Part shown: one piece after another, positions 23,349 to 34,126 of the stretch
How positions within the stretch are numbered: the first letter of the stretch is position 1
Layout: each line of letters begins with the position of its first letter
Assembly (NCBI GenBank): GCA_963803805.1
Contig: CAWDOD010000008.1
Coordinates: 1 to 64,000 of the forward strand
Length of the DNA: 64,000 bases
DNA from: an uncultured cyanobacterium
GTDB taxonomy: Bacteria; Cyanobacteriota; Cyanobacteriia; Cyanobacteriales; CAWCAG01
Direction of reading: 5' to 3'
Translations under genes and position numbers: made by a program
Notes under the pieces: model-generated
Database searches by the model: none
Told to the model about the DNA's origin: nothing
What the model saw: only the letters and a program-made list of their open reading frames with translations

Positions 23349-23867
23349 TTAAAAGCTGATATTGGGAATTAGCCCTGTGAGTTGTTCAATTTTGGCAAGG
23401 GCTTCAACCAAACGTTCTCCTTCTACAATTACATCTTGAGTCGGATAGTTTTGCAGGACTTCCAGCAAGGTGATATTTCCATCCGGCAAAGCAGATTTAA
23501 TTACAGCACTCCTCAAAGATTGACGACTTGCTCTCTGGCTAGGAGTGTGAATTATTTCACTTAATTGATCAAGAATAAGTTCTCCTGGTGAGGTATTAAG
23601 GATTTTTGATAGCAGGATAGCATTAACTTTAACTTCTTTGGTTAAAGCCTCTTCTAAATCATCAGGTTCTTTATTTGCCATACCAAGATAAGCATTCAGG
23701 GAAGAAGAAAGTTTCCCTGTTTCTGCAAAAGTAGTTAATTCTGGTACAGAAATAGATTCGCGAAGAAAGCGATATTTTAAGATTACTTTCTCGGCGGCTT
23801 GGGCTTGGGTGGCAACCAGAGAAACTACCGTAGCAATTAAAGAAGCAGAGAATATATTTAGCTTCAT
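23349..23867 (-). CDS. DUF1400 (alpha/beta hydrolase-associated) exported protein
   Basis: Signal peptide ending AQAAE, SISVPELTTFAETG, ITLLEVLQNYP. Confidence 0.8.
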   Translation of the reverse strand: MKLNIFSASLIATVVSLVATQAQAAEKVILKYRFLRESISVPELTTFAETGKLSSSLNAYLGMANKEPDDLEEALTKEVKVNAILLSKILNTSPGELILDQLSEIIHTPSQRASRQSLRSAVIKSALPDGNITLLEVLQNYPTQDVIVEGERLVEALAKIEQLTGLIPNISF

Positions 23868-24177
23868 AGTTTTCCTTTGTTATTTTTCAAATTAGGGGAC
23901 AGGCGCAAATTACTATTATTAATAGTTGATGACTAAGGAAAATACGTAAAGGTTGCAATTCATTGAGTTAGCAGCTAATAAGTTATAGCTATTAAGTACC
24001 GAATTATTATATAAAAGTTTCCAAGCTAAATGTTTACCTTCTTGATTAATTTAAAGAAAGCTCCCAGCCCCACTCCAACAGAATATTTTTTTGAAACTAG
24101 ATTGAATTTTACTTTGATGAGATAATTATAACACAAATTACCCTTTCAAGTAGCGTAATCCAGGTAAAATTGTGTGT

Positions 24178-24237
24178 TAGGGCGGGTTTATTTAGTTCAA
24201 TGTTAATCTCACAATTTGACTTAAAACCCGCCCCTAC
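24178..24237. repeat. GTAG-type REP-like palindrome
   Basis: tagggcgggttt...aaacccgcccctac inverted repeat. Confidence 0.6.
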
Positions 24238-24280
24238 GTGATGATATTTCTTCAGATCTAAATATCAAAAGCCCTTCGCT

Positions 24281-26086
24281 TTAAGACATTTTTGTTTCTT
24301 GCAAATAATGTAAACGCTGATAAAGCCCTTGTTTTTCCAGCAACTCTTCATGACTTCCTACTTCAACAATTTGCCCTGAATCTAAAACAACAATTTTATC
24401 AGCTTCCCTGATTGTACTTAAACGGTGGGCAATAATAATAGTTGTTCGCGTACCAAAAATTGACCTCATTGCTAGTTGAATAGAACGTTCTGATTCATAA
24501 TCTAAACTGGAAGTAGCTTCATCAAAAATCAAAACATCAGGGTCAACTAATAAAGCCCTAGCTATGCCTAAACGCTGTCTTTGTCCTCCTGATAAACGTA
24601 CCCCCCTTTCTCCCACAACGGTATAGTAACCATCCCGAAATTCGCGAATAAATTCGTCTACCCTAGCAATTTTACAAGCCGATTCTATTTGTTCTTGGCT
24701 AGCGTGGGGATTACCGTAAGTGAGGTTAGATAAAAGAGTACCGTTGAAAATATCAACTTCTTGGTGGACGATAGCTAAACGACGGCGATAACTGGCAATA
24801 TTTAGGTCACGAATATCTTCTCCATCTATTAAAATTTGCCCTTGATTAGGTTCAAAGTAACGGAATAAAAGCTTAACCAAAGTTGATTTTCCTGAACCTG
24901 AACGTCCTACTAAAGCAATAGTTTGATAGGGTTCAATGAGGAAGTTAATATCTTTAAGAACTATACGTTGGGAATCATAGCCGAAGTTAAGATGAGAAAA
25001 TTCCACTTTACCGGTAAAGCGATAACTATGCTGTTTTGTTATGTCTAAACTAGCTGCATCTTCACCAAGGGGATGCTGCATAAAATCGTGAAAACGTAAC
25101 ATAGAAGCATAGCGGCGGGCAAATATTTCAGCGAGGGAACTAATCGGTTCTAGTTCTGCATAAGCCATACTAGAAACCGTTAAAATAGTTACGAAATGTC
25201 CTAAAGATATTTCTCCTTGCAGGGTGGCAATTAGGGTAGAGAGAAGGACGAGAAATACACACAATTGAATTAAGGTTTTCTGTTTACTTTCTAGTTTTGT
25301 ATAACCCCTATGAATACGATCAACAATGACCTTAAGTTCTCTAGAAAGTCTGCGATTTTGCCTTTGTAATTCCTCAGCTTCTGTAGCAAAAGCTTTAACA
25401 GTTTTGATGTTGGTAATTAGTTCTGAAGTATGGCTTTCGGTACTTTCCATATAACGATCAAGGCTTTTTTCCCGGCGAATTAAACGGCGCAAATTTCGTA
25501 AAGTGAGGGAAAGAATGAGTAGAAAAGAGATAAGAAAAGCAATAGCAATACGCCATTCTATAAAAAGAATGAGCAGAAAAATACCGAACACCAACATTAA
25601 TTTAGGAAGTAATTGTCCAGCAATTTCAGGATAAGTCCAAGTTTGATTTGTAAGTCCCCGTGTTACCCGCCCAGCAATTCGACCAGGGTTATGTTCATCG
25701 TAAAATTCTAAGGGTAGGCTGAGGATTTTTGCTGTGACTGCTTGGGATTGATCACGGCGAGATTTGAGGGCGATCGCCCAATGAAACCAGTTAACAGCCC
25801 AAGGTTGAATGGGGGCTTTGACGACATTAATTAAGAAAATTATGCCCAACAAGACTCCTAAAGATAGAAGTTTCCCCTCCTGAATAGGAGTAAGATTAGC
25901 CACCAGGTTAGCTAAGTTCTGTATCGGTTTATCTATGGGCTGTTGAGAAAGAACATTAAGAATTTGACCAATGGCGTAGGGAACGACTAAATCAGCAATT
26001 TCTAAAAGACCAGTAGCAACAATACTAAAAACTGCTACGGTACGGTAAGGACGATAGGGGCGGAGTAGATGCTTAAACGTAGCCAT
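24281..26086 (-). CDS. ABC exporter, fused permease/ATPase
   Basis: TM domain, Walker A GRSGSGKS, LSGGQRQR, FDEATSSLD, IAHRLST. Confidence 0.93.
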   Translation of the reverse strand: MATFKHLLRPYRPYRTVAVFSIVATGLLEIADLVVPYAIGQILNVLSQQPIDKPIQNLANLVANLTPIQEGKLLSLGVLLGIIFLINVVKAPIQPWAVNWFHWAIALKSRRDQSQAVTAKILSLPLEFYDEHNPGRIAGRVTRGLTNQTWTYPEIAGQLLPKLMLVFGIFLLILFIEWRIAIAFLISFLLILSLTLRNLRRLIRREKSLDRYMESTESHTSELITNIKTVKAFATEAEELQRQNRRLSRELKVIVDRIHRGYTKLESKQKTLIQLCVFLVLLSTLIATLQGEISLGHFVTILTVSSMAYAELEPISSLAEIFARRYASMLRFHDFMQHPLGEDAASLDITKQHSYRFTGKVEFSHLNFGYDSQRIVLKDINFLIEPYQTIALVGRSGSGKSTLVKLLFRYFEPNQGQILIDGEDIRDLNIASYRRRLAIVHQEVDIFNGTLLSNLTYGNPHASQEQIESACKIARVDEFIREFRDGYYTVVGERGVRLSGGQRQRLGIARALLVDPDVLIFDEATSSLDYESERSIQLAMRSIFGTRTTIIIAHRLSTIREADKIVVLDSGQIVEVGSHEELLEKQGLYQRLHYLQETKMS

Positions 26087-26242
26087 GACAAAAAAGTGGA
26101 TCGAAGATAATCTCAGTGTATTACAAAAGCTACAAATAATACAAAAAGATATTTATAATTTTCTGCCGGGATTGACGAAGAGAGGTAGCGACAGGAAGAC
26201 AGGGAAAAGTTCTCAATTAATTATCAATTATCAATATATCAA

Positions 26243-27195
26243 TTACCTTGGTACAGGTACTTGCTTAAGGATTGAAGCAATCACAGCTTCCATTTGCAAA
26301 CCATCTAGCTGTGCCTCTGGCTTGAGAATGAGGCGATGACGAAGAATGGGTAGGGCAATATCTTTAACGTCGTCAGGAGTCACGAAACTTCTTCCTGCTA
26401 GCCATGCCTTAGCCTTAGCAGTTTGTAACCAAGCCACAGCAGATCGTGGGGAGATGCCCCTAAAGCCAAATCAGGATGTTTGCGGGTACGTTCAATTAAG
26501 GCAAGTAAATAATCAAAAATATTCTCTTCTACCTCCATTTGCCTCACCGCTTTCCTTGCCTCTAAGATTTGCTGTACTGTAGCTAGGGCTTTGAGACGGG
26601 CTAAGTCAATTCTTTTAGCGCGGAATCCCTTATGGGCGTTGCGCAACATCTGCTTTTCTGACTCTTGATCAGGATAATCTACCACTAGCTTAAACAAAAA
26701 GCGGTCTAATTGTGCCTCTGGCAAAGGGTAGGTTCCTTCAAATTCGAGGGAGTTTTGCGTCGCAATTACCCAAAACAATTCTGATAAAGGTAAAGTTTCC
26801 CCGTCTAAAGTTACCTGTTGTTCTTCCATTGCTTCTAATAAAGCAGCTTGAGTTTTGGGGGGAGTACGGTTAATTTCGTCTGCTAACAATACTTCTGTGA
26901 ACACAGGGCTTTTTCTGAGGCTAAATTCACTAGTATTAATATTAAAAATATTTGTACCAATAATATCCGAGGGTAAAATATCCGGGGTTAATTGTACCCG
27001 ACGAAATTCTGCTTGAATTAACCTCGCTAGTACCTTAACTAATAAAGTTTTGCCTGTACCAGGTACTCCTTCAACAATAACATGACCCCCAGCCAACAGC
27101 GCTACTAATAACTGTTCAACGATGCCAGATTGACCGACAATTATTTTACCCAGAGTTTGACTGAGGCGGTTAAATAAAGCAGTATCTTGTGTCAT
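26243..27195 (-). CDS. MoxR-family AAA+ ATPase (one-base frameshift near 26450, probably a homopolymer error)
   Basis: GVPGTGKT, LADEINRTPPKTQAALLEAM, EAQLDRF. The C-terminus (VTPDDVK...LRHRL) is in ORF 26243..26437; deleting one base of the G run restores GASPRS. Confidence 0.88.
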
Positions 27196-27219
27196 AAAGG
27201 GTTGAAAGTGAATTATCAG

Positions 27220-28305
27220 TTATTGGGAGCGAATTTTGGCCCACTTATCTAACCAGAGTAGCAAGTCTGCTTCCTTGATGCGACTTTTTTTCTTCTGCCA
27301 GTTTAATACATCTTTTAATTCTTGAGTAGAACTTCCTTTTTGTTGTTTCCAACCTTGAATTAAAGCTTCTTTTTCTAAAGGAGTAGTTCCCAACAAGAGA
27401 GATTTTTGCAGTTGAAGTTGTTCTTCTTTACCAACAACTTCTAAGATGAATTCAGTGCTACCTGCTTTTTGTAAAACTCCAGCTAAGGCATTAATATAAG
27501 CTTCGCTGTTGTTGACTTTGGGAGTCTCAATAGTTACGGGTTGTCCAAAACGGCGATTATGACTCCAAATTGCTATTAGAAGCATTATTATAGTTTGGAT
27601 AGCTGCCACTCTTAAAGGGGTTTTGCTGAGGTAACTGAAAACATTTCCTCCTGCTTCTTCTTCAATTACCTCCTCATCTTTATAACCGTGCATATATTCA
27701 TCAACAAATAATTTTTTGCTTCCTTCTGTAGCTAATTGAGCTAATAGTTCGTAATTTCCTTCAATGTCTTGGTAAGCATTAGCAGCTAAATGGGGTGTAG
27801 TAACAAAAATAATGCGTCCTGATTGTAATTGTTTTTCCCAAATAATTGCGCCAAAATCATCGCCCAGAATCTGATTTTCTCGGTTAAGATTGCGCCTACT
27901 AGTAACAATTTTTATGCTACCGGAAGGAGTTTTATGCCAGGTGCGGAATTTTGCTTTTGTAGCTGATTGTTCTATCCCTAAGACTATTAAGGTGTTACCT
28001 TTTTCAAGCCAAGGTGCAACGTTATCTAAATAAGGTTGAGATTGAATTGCACTATTAATTTGTAATAAGGTAGCAGGAATATTAGAGTCTAACTCAAACA
28101 GTCTTGATGTTGGTTTTTGCCATCGCTCAATATCAACTCCTTTATTCTCCATGAAGCTATACCAAGCGCCATAACCAGAAGGATTACGACTATAGGTAGA
28201 ACCGCTACTGGTAGTACTTTTATTGGGGGCAACGAATACAGTCAATAATATAATTATGCCCAAAACAACTATACCAATTAACCAAAGTTTACGTCGAGAA
28301 AACAT
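27220..28305 (-). CDS. DUF4350 domain membrane protein
   Basis: GSTYSRNPSGYGAW, VDEYMHG, RRFG; typical MoxR operon member. Confidence 0.8.
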   Translation of the reverse strand: MFSRRKLWLIGIVVLGIIILLTVFVAPNKSTTSSGSTYSRNPSGYGAWYSFMENKGVDIERWQKPTSRLFELDSNIPATLLQINSAIQSQPYLDNVAPWLEKGNTLIVLGIEQSATKAKFRTWHKTPSGSIKIVTSRRNLNRENQILGDDFGAIIWEKQLQSGRIIFVTTPHLAANAYQDIEGNYELLAQLATEGSKKLFVDEYMHGYKDEEVIEEEAGGNVFSYLSKTPLRVAAIQTIIMLLIAIWSHNRRFGQPVTIETPKVNNSEAYINALAGVLQKAGSTEFILEVVGKEEQLQLQKSLLLGTTPLEKEALIQGWKQQKGSSTQELKDVLNWQKKKSRIKEADLLLWLDKWAKIRSQ

Positions 28306-28331
28306 ATGTATTACCCATTACCTATTACCTA

Positions 28332-28931
28332 TTACCTATTACTTATTTTCCCATAAGCCTCTTGGCATTCTTCAAAAACTGTTTGAGAAGCTTCGGTTTG
28401 ACTGAAACATAGCTCTTCGTGATTATTAAGTAAAGTATTATAAGGATCTGGTTGGGAAATATTCTTAACTAACTTGCGATATTCGCCATCTGTACGACTT
28501 GATTCTTGAGGAATAATTTCCTTCTCATCTAAGCGCTTTAACATCGCTTGATAGAGACAAAAACAGGCTTCTTGATAATTCCCCTGCTTTTGCATCTTTT
28601 GCGCCCTCGCTAACCAAGTAGAAACAGAAACCTCTAAGACTTTTTCTTGCCCTTTTTCATTTTTGTTCTTCCTTTGCTTGCCAATGTCTTGGAAATAGGG
28701 ATTTAATAATAACCAAATTTGCCAAATAGTCCAAGCGATCGCTAAGGCTAAAATTAGCCAAAGAATAAATTCTACAAAGTCTAGTACTAAAGGAGAAGCT
28801 GAACCAGATGGTAGAGAAAGATTTGGTAAATTCGGTGAGAAATTTAGTTCTAACCATTCTCCTAATCTTTGTCTGGCTATTCCTAGCTGCCAACCCAGGC
28901 TATTTTTATCGAAAGAGCCTTCTATAGACAC
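28332..28931 (-). CDS. DUF4129 domain protein
   Basis: TM followed by YQEACFCLYQAML and SRTDGEY; MoxR operon context. Confidence 0.8.
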   Translation of the reverse strand: MSIEGSFDKNSLGWQLGIARQRLGEWLELNFSPNLPNLSLPSGSASPLVLDFVEFILWLILALAIAWTIWQIWLLLNPYFQDIGKQRKNKNEKGQEKVLEVSVSTWLARAQKMQKQGNYQEACFCLYQAMLKRLDEKEIIPQESSRTDGEYRKLVKNISQPDPYNTLLNNHEELCFSQTEASQTVFEECQEAYGKISNR

Positions 28932-28949
28932 AACTTAATTCCTTAAATA

Positions 28950-30116
28950 ATGAACTCCAATTCCCAACATTTATTAAACTTAATTGCCAAGCAAATTGTT
29001 ACTTCTCCTCAAAAACGCATTACTTTTGCTGAGTACATGGATTTAGTACTTTACCATCCCCATTATGGCTACTATAGCTCTGGTAATGTTCAAATTGGTT
29101 CCCAAGGAGATTTTTTTACTTCTTCTTCAGTGGGGGCAGATTTTGGAGAGTTATTAGGGAAACAGTTTATTGATATCTGGGAGATTTTAGGTCAGCCTAC
29201 ATCTTTTAGTTTAGTAGAAATGGGAGCAGGACAAGGGCTTTTAGCGGCAGATATTTTCAATTATTTACAGCATTATGTTCCTCAATTATTAAAAGAGCTT
29301 AGTTATATTATTGTTGAGCAAGCGCCAGGGTTAGTGAAACGGCAGCAAGAATTATTACAACCGTGGTTAGAGCAAGGAGTTAATATCTATTGGCAAAGTT
29401 GGCAAGAAATTCCTGAAAACTCCTTAGTTGGTTGTTGCTTTTCTAACGAGTTAGTAGATGCTTTTCCTGTACATCAAATTGTTTGGCAAGAAGGGAAGTT
29501 ACAGGAAGTTTACTTATCTTTAGCAGAAAATAAGTTAGTGGAAGTAATTGCCACACCTTCTACTTCTCAATTAACAGACTATTTTACTCAATTAAAGATA
29601 AATTTTAGTGACAACAACTATCCTGATGGCTATCGCAGCGAAGTTAATTTAGAGGCTCTCAATTGGTTAGAAACTGTCGCCAAACGCCTTCGCCAAGGAT
29701 ATTTAATTACCATTGATTATGGCTACGATGCGACTAAATTGTATCACCCCCAACGTAGCCAAGGAACTTTGCAATGTTACTATCAACATCGCCGTCACAA
29801 TAACCCTTATGTTAATTTAGGTTATCAAGATATTACTAGCCATGTAAACTTCACTGCCTTGGAATCTTGGGGAGAGTTATTTGGTTTACAACAAGTAGGC
29901 TTGACTAAACAAGCAATGTTTCTTATGGCTTTGGGTTTAGGAGAAAGTTTGCAAGCACTTTCTAATGGTACATTTAGCTTCCAAGAAATATTGCAACGGC
30001 GCGATGCTTTACATCAGTTAATTGATCCTACGGGATTAGGAGGATTTAAAGTTTTAATCCAAAGTAAAGAAGTGGAAAACGAGGAAACGCTACAGGGTTT
30101 AAAAGAGTTTGGATAA
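28950..30116 (+). CDS. SAM-dependent methyltransferase, MidA/NDUFAF7 family
   Basis: ITFAEYMDLVLYHP..GYY, GDFFTS, EMGAGQG, NELVDAFP, IDYG, QDITSHVNF. Confidence 0.9.
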   Translation: MNSNSQHLLNLIAKQIVTSPQKRITFAEYMDLVLYHPHYGYYSSGNVQIGSQGDFFTSSSVGADFGELLGKQFIDIWEILGQPTSFSLVEMGAGQGLLAADIFNYLQHYVPQLLKELSYIIVEQAPGLVKRQQELLQPWLEQGVNIYWQSWQEIPENSLVGCCFSNELVDAFPVHQIVWQEGKLQEVYLSLAENKLVEVIATPSTSQLTDYFTQLKINFSDNNYPDGYRSEVNLEALNWLETVAKRLRQGYLITIDYGYDATKLYHPQRSQGTLQCYYQHRRHNNPYVNLGYQDITSHVNFTALESWGELFGLQQVGLTKQAMFLMALGLGESLQALSNGTFSFQEILQRRDALHQLIDPTGLGGFKVLIQSKEVENEETLQGLKEFG

Positions 30117-30119
30117 GTT

Positions 30120-30150
30120 GCTAATAGCTAATAGCTAATAGCTAATTGCT
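30120..30150. repeat. Heptamer short tandem repeat (gctaata)n
   Basis: About 4 units. Similar STRR-type heptamers lie near 17852, 28311, 33638, 38474 and 45805. Confidence 0.7.
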
Positions 30151-30194
30151 GAATAGAGAGTTTGGTTTGTTATAAAAATGAAAATCTTAAATTG

Positions 30195-31208
30195 TTAATT
30201 GTTAATTGTTAATTCCAAAGGCGAACCATCCGGAGTTTCTAAAACAAAACCAGCATCTCGAATCATTTCCCAATCTTTGCTAGCAGCTTGACCTGGAGTA
30301 GTTAAATAATCACCAATAAAAATAGAATTGGCAGCATAAAGTCCTAGAGGTTGGAGCGATCGCAAATGAACTTCTCTTCCTCCAGCGATACGAATTTCTT
30401 GACTTGGCAATAGGTAGCGAAATAAACAAAGTATACGTAAACAACGGCGAGGATTAAGCTCATTTATCTGGGCAAAAGGAGTACCGGGAATAGGAATTAG
30501 GAAATTAACCGGCACACTAGTCACTTGTAATTCCCGCAAAGACAAAGCCAAATCAATCACATCTTCATCTGACTCTCCCATACCAAAAATTCCGCCACAA
30601 CAACTAGTAATACCGGCAGCTTGAACATTTTTAATCGTAGCCAGGCGATCCCGAAAATTGTGGGTAGTACAAATATCTTCATGATGTTCTTGGGAAGTAT
30701 TGAGGTTATGATTAACCCGATCCACCCCAACTTCAGCTAAGCGGTGAGTTTGTTCTTCACTTAATAAGCCAAGGGTAGTACAAACTTTCAAATTGTAATT
30801 AGCTTTAATCCCCCGTATCGCCTCCAAAATCCTCGTGAAGACAGAATCAGAAGGAGAACGTCCTGAAATAGCTATACAGAAAGTCCCAGCCTTCAATTCG
30901 GCAGCCCTTTGTGCCGCAGCCAGAATCTTATCTTGGGCTAAAAGAGGATACTTCTCTATCTCCGCAGTAGAAATTTTTGACTGAGAACAATAATGACAAT
31001 CTTCTGGACATAAACCGCTTTGAGCGTTAAGCAAAAAATGTAGCCGCACCTTATTTTGCCAGTAGTGGCGGCGTATACGGTAGACAGCAGCGAGTTGAGA
31101 AAGCAAAACCTCATCAGGGGCTTGAAGCACTGCCCTTCCTTGTTCATGGGTTAATGCTTTCCCTGCCAGGGCTTGATCTGCTAGTAAATTCCAGTCCAAT
31201 TTGCTCAT
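30195..31208 (-). CDS. bioB: Biotin synthase (radical SAM)
   Basis: [53 protein letters not shown]. Confidence 0.95.
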   Translation of the reverse strand: MSKLDWNLLADQALAGKALTHEQGRAVLQAPDEVLLSQLAAVYRIRRHYWQNKVRLHFLLNAQSGLCPEDCHYCSQSKISTAEIEKYPLLAQDKILAAAQRAAELKAGTFCIAISGRSPSDSVFTRILEAIRGIKANYNLKVCTTLGLLSEEQTHRLAEVGVDRVNHNLNTSQEHHEDICTTHNFRDRLATIKNVQAAGITSCCGGIFGMGESDEDVIDLALSLRELQVTSVPVNFLIPIPGTPFAQINELNPRRCLRILCLFRYLLPSQEIRIAGGREVHLRSLQPLGLYAANSIFIGDYLTTPGQAASKDWEMIRDAGFVLETPDGSPLELTINN

Positions 31209-31327
31209 CAATTTATTGATATTTCAATTATTTAGCCAAGTTATAGATTAGTATGCTGTGGCCCTCGTCTAGTGAACGATGTTTTAGAATAAAAAAACGT
31301 TTAGCTAAATTTAGGTTAATAATAAAT

Positions 31328-32443
31328 ATGTCAGTCCTGGCGGCAATCGGAGTCCTGGCGCTTTTAATAGTTGTCCACGAGTTGGGTCACTTTTTAGCAG
31401 CACGCCTGCAAAACATTCATGCAAACCGTTTCTCTATTGGCTTTGGTCCTACACTACTAAAGTATCAAGGTTCTGAAACTGAGTATGCCATAAGAGCCTT
31501 TCCTTTGGGAGGATACGTCGGGTTTCCCGATGATGACCCTGATAGCGATATTCCCCCTGACGATCCCAATTTACTTCGCAATCGTCCCATTCTCGACCGA
31601 GCAATTGTGATTAGTGCTGGGGTTGTTGCTAATTTAATTTTTGCTTACTTCCTGCTTGTCGGACAAGCTTTCACTGTCGGTATTCCTGTCTTTAATGCTC
31701 AAGGTTTTCCTGAATTTGATTACCAGCCTGGAGTCCAAATTACTCAAGTAACTGCGGAGGATAATTCCCCTGCTTTCCAAGCCGGTATTGAAACTGGAGA
31801 CGTGGTATTAGCTATCGATGGTCAAGAATTAGGTGCATCTTCTCAAGCAGTAACTAGTTTTATTGAAAAAGTTCAAGCTTCCCCCCAAGAAACCTTGGCA
31901 TTTCAACTTTTACGAGGAGAAGAAAAACTTACTGTTGATGTCACCCCCAGAGTAGATGCCAATAATAAAGGTAAAATTGATATTGGTCTTGCCCCCAATG
32001 GTCAACCTTTAAAAGAGCATCCAGAAAATTTAGCTGAAGCTTTTACCCTTGGTGCTAAGCATTACCAAAGAATAGTTTTCCTTATTCTTAATGGATTTGG
32101 GCAACTAGTTGGTAATTTTGGTGAAACAGCTAAGCAAGTTGCCGGCCCAGTAGCTATTGTCGCTATGGGAGCAAATATTGCTAGTTCTAATGCTGGAAGC
32201 TTGTTTGAATTTGCTGCCTTAATTAGCGTTAACTTAGCAATCATCAATATTTTACCCTTACCGGCTTTAGATGGTGGTCAGTTGGCTTTATTATTAGTTG
32301 AAGCCTTACGGGGCAAACCTTTACCAAGTAGACTCCAAGATGGCATCATGCAAACGGGATTTTTGCTTTTAATGGGTTTGGGTGTATTCTTAATTGTCCG
32401 AGATACTGTTAATTTAACTAACTTACAGCAATTATTTCAGTAG
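31328..32443 (+). CDS. rseP: RIP metalloprotease RseP (M50) with PDZ domain
   Basis: HELGH, PLGGYV, NILPLPALDGG; ATG at 31328. Confidence 0.93.
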   Translation: MSVLAAIGVLALLIVVHELGHFLAARLQNIHANRFSIGFGPTLLKYQGSETEYAIRAFPLGGYVGFPDDDPDSDIPPDDPNLLRNRPILDRAIVISAGVVANLIFAYFLLVGQAFTVGIPVFNAQGFPEFDYQPGVQITQVTAEDNSPAFQAGIETGDVVLAIDGQELGASSQAVTSFIEKVQASPQETLAFQLLRGEEKLTVDVTPRVDANNKGKIDIGLAPNGQPLKEHPENLAEAFTLGAKHYQRIVFLILNGFGQLVGNFGETAKQVAGPVAIVAMGANIASSNAGSLFEFAALISVNLAIINILPLPALDGGQLALLLVEALRGKPLPSRLQDGIMQTGFLLLMGLGVFLIVRDTVNLTNLQQLFQ

Positions 32444-32471
32444 TTAAAAGGGAGTGGGGAGTAGGGAGTAA

Positions 32472-33134
32472 ATGGGTAAATGGTCTAGTGATAGAGAGCG
32501 AGCTTTAGAAATTTTAGTTCGCCTCAAAAGGCTCTATCCTGATGCTACTTGCACCCTAGATTATGAAACTACGGTACAACTACTTGTCGCAACTATACTT
32601 TCCGCTCAATGTACCGACGAAAGGGTTAATAAAGTTACCCCAGCCCTCTTCCAACGCTTTCCTGATGCTGCTTCTTTGGCTGGGTCTGATTTAACAGAAT
32701 TAGAACAACTCATTCGTTCTACTGGCTTCTACCGCAATAAGGCGAAGAATATTCAAGGTGCTTGTAGCTTAATTGAAACTAAGTTCGGCGGCCAAGTTCC
32801 CCAAGAAATGGCAGAGCTACTAACCTTGCCAGGGGTTGCCCGCAAAACCGCTAACGTTGTGCTAGCCAACGGCTATGGCAAAATTCAAGGTGTAACCGTA
32901 GATACCCACGTCAAACGCCTTAGTCAGCGTCTCGGCTTAACCCAAAGCGATAAACCAGTTCCTATAGAAAAAGATTTAATGGAGCTTTTACCGCAACCTG
33001 ACTGGGAAAATTGGTCAATTCGCTTAATTTACCACGGTCGAGTAATTTGCAAAGCCCGCAAACCTAATTGCCCAGAATGTCAATTGGCCGATTTGTGTCC
33101 TAGCGCGGAATCAAGGATCAATAATCGGTTGTAG
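32472..33134 (+). CDS. nth: Endonuclease III
   Basis: LSAQCTDERVN, HhH LPGVARKTA, VDTHV, 4Fe-4S C-x6-C-x2-C-x5-C. Confidence 0.96.
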   Translation: MGKWSSDRERALEILVRLKRLYPDATCTLDYETTVQLLVATILSAQCTDERVNKVTPALFQRFPDAASLAGSDLTELEQLIRSTGFYRNKAKNIQGACSLIETKFGGQVPQEMAELLTLPGVARKTANVVLANGYGKIQGVTVDTHVKRLSQRLGLTQSDKPVPIEKDLMELLPQPDWENWSIRLIYHGRVICKARKPNCPECQLADLCPSAESRINNRL

Positions 33135-33215
33135 GGGGGAACCGTTTTCTGTAGGGGCGACCCGTTTTCCCAGTATGATTAATAAACTAAAGTTTAAATT
33201 GGGTCGCCCTGCTAC
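33131..33215. repeat. GTAG-type REP-like element with a 20-bp direct duplication
   Basis: gtaggggggaaccgttttct / gtaggggcgacccgttttcc followed by inverted gggtcgccctgctac. Confidence 0.55.
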
Positions 33216-33283
33216 TAAGCCGGTCAAACTTGGTCTAAAATAGTAAAGTAATATCTTCAAACTGGAAAATAGTATCTAATTTT

Positions 33284-33586
33284 ATGGCTAAGAAGTCTAT
33301 GATTGAGCGCGAAAAAAAGCGCCAAAAATTTATTGACAAATATGCAGATAAAAGAGCGGCTTTAAAAGAAGAATTTAGAACCGCCTCCTCACAGCTAGAA
33401 AAGCTAGAAATTCACCGCAAAATCCAAAACTTACCCCGTAACAGCGCCCCTAGTCGTAAACGCAACCGTTGCTGGGTTACAGGTCGTCCTCGTGGTTATT
33501 ATCGTGATTTTGGCCTTTCCCGCAACGTCTTCCGAGAATGGGCCCATGAAGGGTTATTACCTGGGGTTGTTAAGTCTAGTTGGTAA
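33284..33586 (+). CDS. rpsN: 30S ribosomal protein S14 (long, Zn-independent form)
   Basis: [31 protein letters not shown]. Confidence 0.98.
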   Translation: MAKKSMIEREKKRQKFIDKYADKRAALKEEFRTASSQLEKLEIHRKIQNLPRNSAPSRKRNRCWVTGRPRGYYRDFGLSRNVFREWAHEGLLPGVVKSSW

Positions 33587-33667
33587 GTAAAGTAGGGAGT
33601 AGGGGGTAGGGAGTAGGAAGTGGTTACTTTGTCTTGACCTATTACCTATTACCTATTGCCTAATTAT

Positions 33668-34003
33668 TCAGTTTCCGCAACAATGGTCAATGCCGAGGCT
33701 ATCTAAAATTAGCTCACTAACAGCATTAGCGATCGCAAACTCACTATAAAAGCTTTCTCGAAAATCAAAAGCTTCCATCTCCGTTAAAATAGCAATTACC
33801 AGACAACCAAGATCGTTTTCTCCTTCCAAACGATGGCGGACATAAATTTGAGAAGCTCTTTGGGCAATAGTTAAGTTAATTTTTTCTGGGATAAACTCTT
33901 CGTTAAGCCAGTTATATAAAGAAGTTTTCAACCATTCACCTTCCTGTTCTGGATTTTGAGCCGGAGGTAAAGTCACAGGTGGTATGGGTTTGAATTCTGC
34001 CAT
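33668..34003 (-). CDS. Conserved hypothetical protein
   Basis: 111 aa ORF with WLNEEFIPE and FYSEFAIANAVS. Confidence 0.8.
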   Translation of the reverse strand: MAEFKPIPPVTLPPAQNPEQEGEWLKTSLYNWLNEEFIPEKINLTIAQRASQIYVRHRLEGENDLGCLVIAILTEMEAFDFRESFYSEFAIANAVSELILDSLGIDHCCGN

Positions 34004-34126
34004 TTTTCTATAAATTAATAAGTTATAAAATATGAATTATAAATCGTCAATTTCTAACGGACTGACTTGCGAAAGCAACTTAGTCTAACAGTAACGCTAA
34101 TATGCCTAACCCTGAATCAATAAACT

